From assembly GCF_018977255.1 (NCBI RefSeq), contig NW_024704742.1, positions 100,318,001 to 100,382,000 of the forward strand: DNA of 64,000 bases. Direction: 5' to 3'. The stretch comes from Callorhinchus milii. Taxonomy: Eukaryota. Below, one piece after another: positions 37,776 to 50,200 of this stretch (the stretch's first letter is position 1; the number at the start of each line of letters is the position of its first letter). Position numbers and translations under genes: made by a program. The notes beneath the pieces are model-generated. The model did no database searches and was not told the origin of the DNA. It saw nothing but the letters and a program-made list of their open reading frames with translations.

Positions 37776-39699
37776 GGGAAATATAACTTATACTTTTTTT
37801 TAATTTTTAGCCAATATTACCTGTTCTCATTTTGTATCTTTTTGGTTAAAAACTAAGCTTTAAAAGTTTTACTTATCTTGTTCATTTTAGGCAGAGCACC
37901 TTTGCAACAAATTAACATTGGTGTTCTGAAAATGGCTTTTGGAGCAGTATGTTTGCTAATCAAATGCCCAAAGTATAAAGTATAAAGACTGACACTGTCA
38001 AGATTTATGTTGGGACCAAGTAAATTGTCTCTGATGAGCTTTAGAGGATCAAACTGCTGTCACTTCTGCAGAACATGTTGCTGTCTCGTTCAAGGCATTG
38101 GAAGTGCGCTTGAATCCAAACAAAAAAACTCATCCAGGATTGCTACAGAAATAGTTAAAGCATGCTATGCTTATAGCAGTGCTCTCCAAACAAAATTCTG
38201 TTATATAAACTACTTATCAATAGTAATCTTTGCATTTGATATGACACCTTATCATGTCGTCGAAATGTCTCAAAGTGCATCACAGGATTTATTACTGTAT
38301 CTGTAGGCAAATAAATCTCCAAAAGTCAATCACTCAGTTTTCTCATCAAATAATTTAAGCATTGAATTTCACTGGTTTGCTATCAGATCTTCCTCAATTG
38401 TTGAGTCGTTTGGGGAAGGGAGAGAAAACAAATCTATCTAATGTAAAGGCCTTTGTGGTGCTTGGTTAAGAAAATGTAATGTTTAGTCTTGTACTTTCAT
38501 TCCTCCTTCCTCCTTTGCATGTGGATCTGAGCAATGTTATGTGGGGGAGACTTGTTGACAATTCCTGCACCCTCATTGATTGATCTTTCTTGTGCTGTAG
38601 GTTTTGAGTTCCTTTATCTGAAGCATGCAGTTTATGCTGTTCATACCAATGATAAAGAATGTAAAAAGTTACATTCCGTATCTATAAATTGTCTAAATCC
38701 CTTGGAAGCCAATGGAATTTCAGATATGCAAAAAAACACATGATTAAATAAAAATATTCCATCTCAGGATTCGTTTTAATCCAGGAAGCTATAAACCACA
38801 ATTATCGGGGAAGTGGTAGAAAGTTGGACTCATTTAAAAAGCAGCTTGATGCTGTGATGGAAAGACAGTAGGGTGGATATTTTGGAAGGATGAGATCAAA
38901 TGAGCTGATGGGTCTTTATCTAAATCTGTCTTGTGAACTAGCCATTTTGGGATATCTTTCACTGGTGTTTTATGTGCTAGTGGACAGTTAATTATACTGT
39001 TTATTCTCTACTGCTGGAAGTCTCTGGATTAAGGTATGTCAATCACGGGCACTCCCCAATGGTGGTGAAGATAGAGCTGTATCTTATGGATCAGGAGTTC
39101 TCTGGTTCAAATCTGTGCTGAGTTTGCTGGTCTCTGGCGAGATTGTATAAGAGTCTAGATTAGCCCCAGGCCACCCACAATTAGGGAAAGGAAAACCAGC
39201 CATGGTTTCTGCTCCTGGTCCTTCTACAGCAGTCTCCACTGATTGTGTCTGTGTGTGTAGGTGGCAGCTTGGTGGGGAGAGGTCAGGCTTGACTGTGACG
39301 CCCTCTATGGTTGAGTGTCTGCCAACTCACTGCCAATGGTCCCTTGAGCGGGGAACCAGAGAACAACCAGCATCGATGGAATACCTAGCAAGTCGAGGCC
39401 AAACTGGAATAGAAAGACACATGTAAGGATTATTAATAATATGTATTATTATTGACAGTGCATCACAGAGACTTATTTTCAGAGTATTGACCTAGGTGAC
39501 CGAGATCTGCCCACCGTCTTTACTAAGCCAAGGATCACATCAAATCTTTTCTGAAACATTGCATTTTTTCATCACTCTTCAAGTCTGCCAATGGTACTGA
39601 CCACCCTTCCAAATTAAGCATAATAGTTTTGTTTTGAAGCCACCACCTTGGATAATGGTAAATTAACAGTAAGCGAGCCTAATATGCTTTCTCTTCTCG

Positions 39700-41984
39700 G
39701 AGCTCTCCTTTGAGTGTTGCTTCACAGTATGTCATTTCAAATGATACGAAGGAGCCGAGAGCCCAGAGTGAGCTACATCCGGAGTGAGGCGAGGCCAGAG
39801 TGTGAGGGAATTTGGTGAGAGTGGGAATTGCTGCTGTGAGTGTTGTGAGAACTGCTATCATGAGTACATAACCCAATTTGTTGTTGTTGTTGTTGTTATT
39901 ATTCAAGTCTTGTAGTAGTTGTTTTAATGTGTTAGTTAAAATTGCTGATACCATTGGTACATTGGTCTGGGTTACTCCCGGTGCCTCAGGTAACGGGGCA
40001 CCATAATGAAAGGATTAGGCGTATGAACGACTGGCTGGAAAAATGGTCCAGAAAAGAAGGTTTCCGTTTTGTGAAATCTAGTGATAAGACAGGCTAAAAG
40101 ATCGCATGAGAAGAGGTTAGCGGGTAACATAAAGGGGAATCCTAAAATATTTTACAAGCACATAAAGGAAAAAAGGTTAGTTAAAGATAGAGTGGGGCCA
40201 ATCAAAGACAATGACGCCAATCTTGTTGTGGAGGCAGAGGGCACGGCTGATGTACTGAACGAGTACTTTGCATCTGTCTTCACAACGGAAACGGATGCCC
40301 CAAATGCCACAGTATTGGATGAGAGGGTAGAGGACATAGATCAGATTACTATAGACAGAGAGGAAGTTCTGAAAAGATTGACTGGGCTCAAAATTGATAA
40401 GTCACCAGGACCAGATGGGTTTCACCCAAGGTTGCTGTGGGAGATATGGGTTCAAATAGCGGAGGCTTTGGCCATTATATTTCAATCTTCATTGGACACA
40501 GGAGTGGTGCCAAGAGACTGGAGAGTGGCTAATGTTACCCCCTCTACAAAAAGGGGCAGAAAGACAAGCCCGGAAATTACAGGCCAGTCAGCCTAACTTC
40601 GGTAATAGGAAAGCTACTGGAGACCGTAATCCGGGACAAAATAAATCTCTACTTAGAGGAACACGAGGTAATTAGAGACAGCCAACATGGATTTGTTAAA
40701 GGCAAATCTTGCCTAACAAATCTAATAGAATTTTTTGAAGAGGTGACTGCGAGGGTTGATGAGGGAAATGCGGTGGACATTATTTACATGGATTTTAAAA
40801 AGGCTTTTGACACAGTACCGCATAAGAGGTTAATAAAAAAACTGGAGGCCCACGGTATTAAGGGGACAGTAGCCGTTTGGATTAGGAACTGGCTGAGTGA
40901 CAGAATGCAGAGGGTGGTGGTTAATGGGTGTTTCTCGCAATGGAAGGAGGTGTGCAGCGGTGTCCCCCAGGGATCGGTATTGGGACCACTGCTCTTTCTA
41001 ATATATATTAATGATCTGGACTTGGGCATAGGGAGCACTATTTCCAAGTTTGCAGATGATACCAAGTTAGGTAGGGTAGTAAATAGTGAAGAAGATTGTG
41101 ACGGACTGCAGGCAGACATACACAGAATGGTGGAATGGGCTGACATGTGGCAGATGGATTTCAATGTAGATAAGTGCGAGGTGATACACTTAGGTAGGAA
41201 AAATGATAGGAGGCAATATAGACTTGGTAGCTCAATCTTAAGGGGGTGAACGTACAGAGAGATCTGGGCATTCAAGTAAGCGATTCATTGAAGGTGGCAG
41301 AGCAGGTAGATAGGGCAGTAACAAGGGCATTTGGTGTATTGAGCTTCATTAGTAGGGGCATAGATTATAAGAGTAGGGGGTTATGCTTAATCTGTACAAA
41401 ACACTGGTTAGGCCTCAGCTGGAGTACTGCGTCCAGTTCTGGGCACCTTACCTCAGGAAGGATATTAAGGCACTGGAAAGGGTGCAGAGGAGATTCACGA
41501 GAATGATACCAGGAATGGGGAAGCTTAGCTATGAGGACAGGCTGGAAAAGTTAGGACTTTTCCCATTAGAGCAGAGAAGGTTACGCGGGGACCTGATAGA
41601 GGTCTTCAAGATCATGAAAGGTTTCGACAGGCTAGATAGGGAAAAGCTGTTTCCGCTGGTAGGTGTGTCTGTGACTCATGGTCACAGTCTTAAGATATCT
41701 ACCAAAAGAAGCAGAGGGGAGGTTAGAAGAAATGTTTTCACTCAGCGAGTTGTTCGAATTTGGAATGATCTGCCTGAAAGGGCAGTGAAGTCCGATTCGA
41801 TAACAGCTTTTAAGAGAGAACTGGATAGGTATCTGGAGAAGACAGGTTTGCAGGGTTATGGGGAGAAAGCTGGTGAGTGGGGTTAATAAAAGTCAGTTGT
41901 TCTGTCAAAGAGCCGGCACAGACTCGATGGGCCGAATGGCCTCCTTCTGTGCCGTAACATTCTATGATTCTATGGTTCTATGAT
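39700..41984 (+). mobile_element. Young CR1 LINE with internal deletions
   Basis: ORF1 esterase fragment SGLLPVP...RIRRMNDWLEKWSRKEGFRFV (39966-40076); ORF2 RT 40081-41886 (KSPGPDG, YRPVSLTS, QHGF, DFKKAFD, GVPQGSVLGP, FADD) with three 1-nt frameshifts; (ATTCTATG)n tail. The 5' boundary is uncertain. Confidence 0.92.
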
Positions 41985-42447
41985 ACAGAGGGGGGCTGTG
42001 AGGTGGCAGTAAAATTCTGTAAAATGTTTTAAAGCACTTTAATTAAGCCACATTTTTAGCTGTACTTCAATGCTGATTTCTGCGATTGGAAGCCACAAAG
42101 GAACATAGAAATAATAGTACTAATAAAAATATATTAATTCTTGCTTTCGGGATAGTACCTTATCATGTCATTGAAACACTTTATAGTGGTTTACAGAATT
42201 TTACTGCCCACTGATAACTCCCTGCATCTGGGGACCTCACATCATTAGCATCACCCAGGGTTGGAAATAAGGAATGGGGGAAGACCAGTGTGGAGCATAC
42301 ACATGGACTGGTTGGGCCAAATGGCCGAAAAACAGCACCTCTGACAATACAGGGTTTTTTACCCTCCTTTTTACCCTCTTGTTCCATAAATGTTCAGTTC
42401 CAGGCATTGAGCTTGAACTCATAAATTTCTGACTCAGAGGCTGAGTG

Positions 42448-43354
42448 GATTGGCTCACGTCAGCGCCTCCGCACCTCAGGCGCCGACACCATCAGCATCC
42501 AAGGCTGCACTCTCCACCTCTCAAAGCCAGTCAGGAACCTCGGCGTTTTGTTCGACCCTGAGCTGTCCTTTCTCCCTCACATCCGCACCACAACTGGCAC
42601 CGCCTTCCATCACCTCCGGAATATCGCCAGATTACGGCACTACCTCACCCCTCACGCTGCTGAAACCCTGGTTCACGCCTTTGTCACCTCAAGGCTGGAC
42701 TATGGGAACTCTCTCCTCGCCGGCCTTCCCGCCACCTCCCTCCACAAGCTGCAGGTCATTCAGAACTCTGCAGCTCGTGTACTGTCCCGCACCAGGCTTC
42801 GGGACCACATCACTCCTACCCTCGCTCGCCTCCACTGGCTCCCCATCCCCCAGAGGATTGATTTCAAGATCCTCATCCTCACCTACAAGGCCATTCACGG
42901 CCTTGCTCCCTCCTACCTCTCCAACCTACTATCCCCCTACCTACCTGCCCGTACCCTCCGTTCCTCTGGCTCCGGTCTGCTCCACGTCCCCCGCCCCAAC
43001 CGCCCTACTATCGGTGGTCGGGCCTTCAGCCTCTCAGCCCCGAGGCTCTGGAACTCCATCCCCCAGTGCCTTCGCCTTGCTTCCTCCCTTTCCTCCTTCA
43101 AGGCCGGTCTCAAAACCTTTCTCTTTGACCGTGCCTTCAGCTCCCCTCTCGACTCTCTTCCTCCTCCTCGCTCCCTCCCTTCCCTCCCCTCACCCTGACC
43201 ATCTCCCCCCTCCTCTCTCCCTCCCTTCCCTCCCCTCACCCTGACCATTTCCCCCTGCTCGGGTCATGACCCAACTGTGCAGCGCCTTGGGACGTCCTCC
43301 TGACGTGAAAGGCGCTCTATAAATGGAATCTTGTTGTTGTTGTTGTTGTTGTTG
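42448..43354 (+). mobile_element. Young 5'-truncated L2 LINE with open ORF2 C-terminus
   Basis: Uninterrupted FDPELSFLPHI...SRLDYGNSLL...HWLPIPQRIDFKIL...LKTFLF; stem-loop and (TTG)n; interrupts the head of an old minus-strand Deu-SINE (42335-42447 and 43353-43367). Confidence 0.95.
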
Positions 43355-43396
43355 AGTCAGGCTGACATAGTCAAATTACACTTAAATAGTTAAATT

Positions 43397-43721
43397 TGGA
43401 GTCCTGTAGCTCAGTGGTTAGAGCACTCGCTTTGCAAGTGAGAGACCCGAGTTCAATTCCAGGCAGGGCGAAACCTTGGGCAAGTTTCCTTACTCCACAC
43501 AGAGCCTAATAATAATCCCTCCAAAACCCAAAAAACAATAATAAATTGGTCATTTTCAATCTACGACTGTTTGTGGGACACTGCTGTGCGCAATTGGCTG
43601 CCGCATTCGCCCACAAATATACAGTTAATTCATTTTACAGTGTGTTCTGTGAAGCGCTTTGGGACGTCCTCCCGACGTGAAAAGCGCTATATCAAATGTA
43701 AGGATTATTATTATTATTATT
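43397..43721 (+). mobile_element. Full-length tRNA(Ala)-derived SINE
   Basis: Same family as 5017-5340. Confidence 0.93.
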
Positions 43722-43727
43722 AAATAG

Positions 43728-43961
43728 CTCCCATCTTTTCTCTGCTCTGCCTCCCCCTTCCCCTCTTCTACAACCATTCACACATCCTCTGGGTCTTAGA
43801 TGCATCTTTTCTTTCTATAATCTCCCACTATCAAAGCCTTATTTTGTCTTGCACCATCAACCCCCTTCTCTCTTTGATTTATAATCTGCTCCCTTCCAAC
43901 ACCCCCAAGTTCTGATGAAAGGTCATAGACCTGAAACGTTAACCCAGTATTTTGCTTTTTG
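43728..43961 (+). mobile_element. Penelope-like element terminal (pseudo-LTR) fragment
   Basis: Pyrimidine-rich tract ending in agttCTGATGAaaggtcatagacctGAAACGTTaac, the layout of PLE pLTR ends. Confidence 0.6.
43909..43943 (+). ncRNA. Minimal type I hammerhead ribozyme motif
   Basis: GTT-CTGATGA-A-AGGTC(ATA)GACCT-GAAA-CGTT-AAC: both catalytic boxes, a 5-bp helix II, palindromic ACGT in place of helix III and a 3-bp helix I. Confidence 0.7.
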
Positions 43962-44929
43962 TTAAATAGTTAAAGTAACTGGCTTCCCCCTGAATTCTGA
44001 GACGCTACCCTGCGTGGAGGGCACTATATAAGTGCAAATTGTTGTTGAATTATCACAAATTAGGGTTGCCCGACAGTACCACAAAGCAGCACTAGAAAAT
44101 AAAAAGACATACTGTATTGACAAATGCTGCTGACGTTAACTAAAACTCAGCCCAATGGTGTCTGATTGTTACAGTTGGGATGCTGCACTAAGTGTTAACG
44201 TGGAGACTATATAAGCCTAAGGGCACATCTTGTGTGCCTACTTTCTCAGCTGGAAGAGGACAGCCTAGGAACTGAGCAGTTATGGAACAAGAGGGTACAA
44301 AAAGGGGGAAAAAGGAGACAGAAATTATATACAAGAAGTACTGAATTTATCACTGAGATCCTCAGGGGAGCTGACTTTGAAGAGGTTAAATAAATATTTT
44401 TATTTCTCTGAGAGCTTTTCAGCTGCATGTTTCCAATTATTCACTTACATGTAACTGAGGAGTTTGTAGGTCACTAATTGTTTTCGATGCTTTGCCTTTC
44501 CACTCTTAACATTACTGTGAGACTTTTCCCTCGAAAAGGAAATTCCACAAGATCCTAACCACCATCTGTCCCTTTGTAGACCACATTCACATGTGAGTTG
44601 GATTTTATTCCATTGTGATCATTTGTAAAGCATTAGGGTAAAATTACACTTCACAGATCCCCTGTTCCCATGTACCACATTGAAGGCAAAAGTCATGATT
44701 CCATTTGGATTACAAACCCATTTTATACTCCGGGGAATTCTCGCTGGAGAGCATTTTGCGGTTGGTAATTCCACAGAAATTATTTGCAAATCCGATTTTA
44801 AAAGGGACAGAATGCTAAGAGATCACGGGTTATTTCCTTAGTTTACATTTTCAATAAAATGAGACAGATCAATGAACAGCAGAGATAATATGATCACAGA
44901 GAAAAAAGCAATTGATATAAAAAAAAGCT

Positions 44930-45260
44930 TCTCATCCCATATCAGGACTTGAGCAAACAGACCGGGCTCACATTCCAGTCTAGTACTGAGAGAGCGCTTC
45001 TTTGTTGGAGGTGTAGTCTTTTTGGAATGAAATGTTAAGATGAGGTCCCATCTGCCTGTTCAGGACTAAATATCCTATGGCACATTGTATAAGAGAAGCT
45101 AGTTTCTCCTGTTTTCCTGACCAATAATCCTCCAGGTTCATTGGTTATTCATCTCATTGTTCTTTATGGGATCTTGCTAGGAGAGTGGCTGCTGCGTTTG
45201 CCTACAAAAAATAGTCACTCCACTTGACAATAATTACTGAAAGCTCACTGAGAGATTTCA
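44930..45260 (+). mobile_element. Old Deu-domain SINE
   Basis: gttggaggtg..gtctttt..gaggtcccatctgcctgttcagg core shared with 26611-27037. Confidence 0.65.
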
Positions 45261-45680
45261 TTGTGGGGCCTGAGCTCACAACTTAGCCTAGAGTGCTAGC
45301 AACAAAGCCAAGCTAAACAGCAAATTCAGAATATTCATGCAATTCCATTAGTGTTTTGTTACAAAGAGGCTAAACAAGCTTTAATCTTGACTTTTATACA
45401 GTAGTAAAAGAAATGTCAGGGCCAGAGTTTATTTTGTGTTTTAATGACAGAATTGAAGCCTCTTCTTGTTAAAAGATGTTTGTTTAATTGAGTGACAATT
45501 CAAGATCGTAACTTGGGTTTACATCAAAAATTCTGATTTCTCAAATTTATCTGCATACAATCTAACAAAAACTGGGTGGTATTTATAACATGATTAATTA
45601 TAAATAGTTTATTCTATGAATGTAGAAGTTCTATACTGCTGGTATAAGACAAAACATCTGAAAAAAATTGAGAACATATT

Positions 45681-46080
45681 TATTAATATCCTTGCATTTG
45701 ATGTAAGGCCTTATCAGCTTATTGAAAAGTCTCAAAGGGCTTACCAAGATTTTTACTGTAAATTGTAGTGACTGTATCTTTGTAGTCAAAAACACAATCC
45801 AATATGACCACAACAATGGTTCTCAAACAGCTATGAAGTGAATGACCAATTTTATCTGAAGGATTGTTGCTCAGGACACTGGAGAAACTCCCTTCTTTTT
45901 TTGAGTGCGTTGGGATCTTTAACATCCACCTGAACAGGCACTGACAGGATCTTGAGTTTAATTCTCATCCAAAGAATGACACATTCAACAATGCAATGCT
46001 CCCCCAACACTGCATTGAAATGTCTTTCTCGACTGTGAGTTCAAAGACCTGACGTTGGACTTGAACTCACAATCTTCTGA
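45681..46080 (-). mobile_element. Old Deu-domain SINE
   Basis: gggatctttaacatccacctgaacaggca core; tail at the left end. Confidence 0.7.
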
Positions 46081-46577
46081 TTGTTTTTGTAATTTAAGAC
46101 AAGGTGAAATTAGGTATGATATCCATTATTTAAGGTGTTGCAATTCCTTCAATATTAAATTATGGTGCTGCTTTTATTGACAATGTCAGATAAGTAGACA
46201 GATTTTTTTCCAGTTCTCATGGAGATTGGCAAAGTACGAATAAATAGTTTAAGTATGGGAGCCATTTTTATTTGAATTGTGATTCCTTTCTTTATTATTC
46301 TATATAGAACTGTCTTTCTTCAGATAACTTAACACTGTTTTTGTTGCTTTCTGAAGACGTCTGTGAAGATTTAAACAAGTAAATTCCAACCCAGTAGTGA
46401 ACTTCAAAAGCCAAACATATTTCATCGGAACTCAGTGGAGTTAACAGGAATGCCATCTGGAGCATGGCCATCCAGAGAACTGTGCATTTAATAATACTTA
46501 CATTTGATATTGCGCCTTATCACTTTGAAAAGTCTCAGTACTTCACACAATGAATTATTTTGAAGTTTTGTGGCTAT

Positions 46578-46864
46578 TAATAATAATCCTTACACTTGAT
46601 ATCGCGCTTTTCTCAACTTCTAGAGGTCTCAAAGTGCTTCACAAAATATACTGTAAAGTGAATTGACTCTATATATTTGCGGGCGAAATGCGGCAGCCAA
46701 TTGCACACAACAGTATCCCACAAACAGTATTGGATTAAAGTGACCAATTTTATTATTGTTTATTTTCCTGAGGGATTATTATCAGGCATGTGGAGCAAGG
46801 AAACTTGCCCAAGGTTTCGCCCTGCTGGGAATGAAACCCGGGTCTCTCGCTTGTGAGAGGGTGC
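46578..46864 (-). mobile_element. tRNA(Ala)-derived SINE, slightly 5'-truncated
   Basis: Reverse-complement match to the 5017-5340 family. Confidence 0.85.
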
Positions 46865-48267
46865 CATTAATTATCAAATAATTAGAAATTAGGGACATTT
46901 AGTAACATATTTCCTGGCCATCTTTCACGATAGTAAGATCAAATGTCGCAATATTAATTTTGAGAGAGATAAGAAAATATTCCTGGTTAACAATCCAAGA
47001 GAACTGTGTTATTGTGAGGCACATTCTAACAAGATTACCCTGTAAATGTGGAATTCAAAATGGTTTGGTTTGGAGACTTAAGCATGATGATGGGGTTCAG
47101 CATGTGTCAGCCACCCGGTTGGCCAAAAGAGAAAACGATTGATGTGAAGTGGGAACAGTGGTTTAGTGTGGTGCTCTTTCACATCCAGGAAGTGCTTTGA
47201 AATCCAGTCTGGGATGATGGTACGTGTCTTCTTTTCCTGGTGACTGTAAGGGTTCCCGTAGAATCTCTTTGGCCAATCCATAAAGGCCCATGTGTAACCG
47301 TTGACCAAATTTTGCATTTGGGAGTGAAAAATGCAATATTTAATCATCATAATTATAATAATATCAAATTTGTTAAGAAATGATAGAATTTCAGCAATGA
47401 ACATGCCCTCCACCTTACCCTCAAAATAAGCAGTCATTCCACTTTACAGTATATCCGATTGCTTGAACTAAACTGAAAGTGCCTTGAGATGTCTCGACGA
47501 CGTGATAAGATGCTGTATCAAATGCAAGGATAATTATTATCATTCCCCCAAATTCAGCACAGTCGTTTGTTCAAAGGCTCAAAATTGTTCAGCTGCCATC
47601 TTTAATACACACTAAGCCATAACATGTAAAATTTATATGTTTTGGATGAACTAGATGACAACAGTGCGCTAGGACATTTCACTGTAAAAATAGCAGATAG
47701 ATTCCACCCTCACTAATCCTTGCTTATTTGATATGGATTGAATCCCTATTGGAGATCACATCAGCATGAAAAAGAAGCACTCAAAACGCAAGGATCGCTC
47801 AATGAGATGTAAAGTGAGTACAGAATTTTCCAAAGTAAGGTCCCCATTCCTGGCATAATGCCTATAACAGACAGACATATCAAGAATAATTATTTAAACA
47901 ACGCTCCTTGATATTGGCCATTGAATGCATGTTTGAACTACCATGTGTTGAAACTATACTGTAATTGAGATGATAAATCATGACATAATTGTTAACAAAA
48001 ACAATTAAAAGGTAGCGCTGAACACTTGGAGGAATCCACATACTGAGCTCCTCTGTTGTTCTAAGTCTAGACAATTGGATGAACAACACTATAACACCAC
48101 TGACAGGCTTTTAATCATCAATGTATCATGCCACCAGTGTACCTCTACGTGCCTTATTAGCTGGCGAGTATAACCGTTCCACGTAGAATCTCCTTGGGCA
48201 ATCCATAATTGTGACAAAGTTGGCCAAATTTCACATCTAGGACATTACTCTGCGGGAAGGGCGCTAT

Positions 48268-48611
48268 GTGGAGTCCTGTAGCTCAGTGGTTAGAGTACTC
48301 GCCTCGCAAGCAAGAAACCTAGGTTCAATTCCCGGTTGGGCAAGTTTTCTTACTCCACAAGCCTCTGTTTACCTAGCAGAAAGTAGGAATCCGTCGAATC
48401 GCTTTTCCTGGAGTAATACTTCCTTCAAAAAAATAATAATAATAAAATTCAATCCATGACTGTTTGTGGGTCACTGCTGTGCGCAATTGACTGCCGCGTT
48501 TCGCCCACAAAATATGCAGTCAATTTGTTTACAGTGTATTCTGTGAAATGCTTTCAGACGTCTCAACGACATGATAAGGCGCTATATCAAATGCCAGGAT
48601 TATTATTATTA
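48268..48611 (+). mobile_element. tRNA-derived SINE, long/intermediate variant
   Basis: Family head and tail plus part of the extra segment (ctgtttacctagcag..gtaggaatccg.cgaat). Confidence 0.9.
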
Positions 48612-49829
48612 TAAATCACGACATAATGATATATCATTATTATTAATCCTGTTAGTTGCTGAGCAGCTGTTAATCAGTATAGCATTCTCTTCAAAACTGA
48701 GGAATTTAACTCTTTAAAGTCTGCTTAACAATTTCTGCATGCAAAAGACAAACTGAACCAGATTTCAATTTCACTTCTAGTTTAGTTCAAGCAATACTCT
48801 GAGCTCTGAATGTTTTCAAATTTAATTCTGCCTGAAAATACACAGTCAACACACTTCACAGCAATTACCTATGAAGCACTTTGAGATCTTTCAACTTTAT
48901 TGATGCTCTCTGTCAAATGTAACATTGCTACTATTATTCTGTGTATTTAAACTATCGTGCTGTTAAAACAAATTCTCACTGTATGTGTGGGCTCATCGTG
49001 ATGTACAATGTTATGAAATGAAACATTTCCAGTTTTGAGCAATGTTGGAATCAAATGCTCCCATGTTATGTACCATGGCCAGATGTAAAGTGCAACACCT
49101 TTAACTCCCTTAACCACAACTTCAGAGAGCACCAATGTTGCATCTGTCTTTACAATGTTTCTGAATGAGATTGCCAATTTCTCCCAATTAAAGGCAGTTT
49201 TTGTACTGGCAGCCCACGCCCTAAGGAACTGAGGTGAAAATTGCACAGAACACAAAGATAGTTTTAAGAGCAGGTTTTTCCTGGAACTTAGCATACCAAT
49301 CCAAAGCAGTGATGCACCCTTTTCTAAAATCATCTGTGCGTACTCTAGCTTGTTGCTGTACTAGGCTGATGTTAGTCTCTCATTTACTTGGGCATGTGAT
49401 CTGATGAGGGTATTGTGGTTAGAATGACAGAGATTGGAGTTTCATCTGAAGCTCCGTAGACCTTTTAAATAGGAAGCAATGCTTGTGATGAGAAGTGCAT
49501 CATGTGTGAAATAAAGTGGCTTGAGCCGTGCTGAGCCCAGCAGCCTGTGAGACTTTAGGTAATTAATACATTACTGCTGTGTAACATGTTCAAGGCCCTT
49601 ACCCTGCTATATAGTTGGAAAGCCCACATTTCCTGCTCTTTGCCTTGATCATTTAAAATTGACCTGTCTGTCAAAAGCAATAAAGGATTGTAATAAAAAA
49701 ATATTTTTTATAACTCTTTTCTGAAATGGAAAGATTTCAAGATCATCACATACTATTTTAACACTACTATCTAGAACTGTACTTTCTATAATGCAATCTC
49801 TTTTTAATTAACTGGACTCGAGCCTGGGA

Positions 49830-50200
49830 GTTGCCTGTCACAAGATCAAGAGATAACAAGATTGGGTCAGCCCATCTGATCTCATCCTTCCAGAATACCC
49901 ACCCTAGCATCCTCCCGCACAGCATCAAGCTGCTTTGCCCTGGTCTCAACCATCCTTCCTAACAACCTGTTTCAGTCATTAATTATCCTCTGAGTAAAGA
50001 AAAGCTTCCCGATATCTGTCCTGAAATTGCCCTTTGCAAAGCTAAACCCTTGTCCTCTTGTTCTACTGTCTTGGTGCATCCTAAAATAATTGATCTGAGT
50101 TTACTTTTTCAATCTTATTTTAAATTTTGTACAGCTCTATGAGATCCCCTCTGAGTTGCTTTCTCTCAAGACTGAAGAGCCCTAGCTTGTTTAGTCATTG
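49830..50200 (-). mobile_element. Old CR1 3' fragment
   Basis: Minus strand LNKLGLFSLERKQLRGDLIELYKI.. Confidence 0.75.

Noticed and set aside
42450..43244. 264-aa Pro/Ser-rich ORF and overlapping antisense ORFs
   Set aside because: Alternative frames of the C-rich L2 ORF2; the same applies to ORFs at 4316-4757, 28252-30868 and 59828-60787
48250..48266. Second CTCF site (gcgggaagggcgct)
   Set aside because: Only the 3' half fits the consensus
48947..49333. 128-aa minus-strand ORF
   Set aside because: No recognisable domain or convincing splice context; likely chance or decayed repeat
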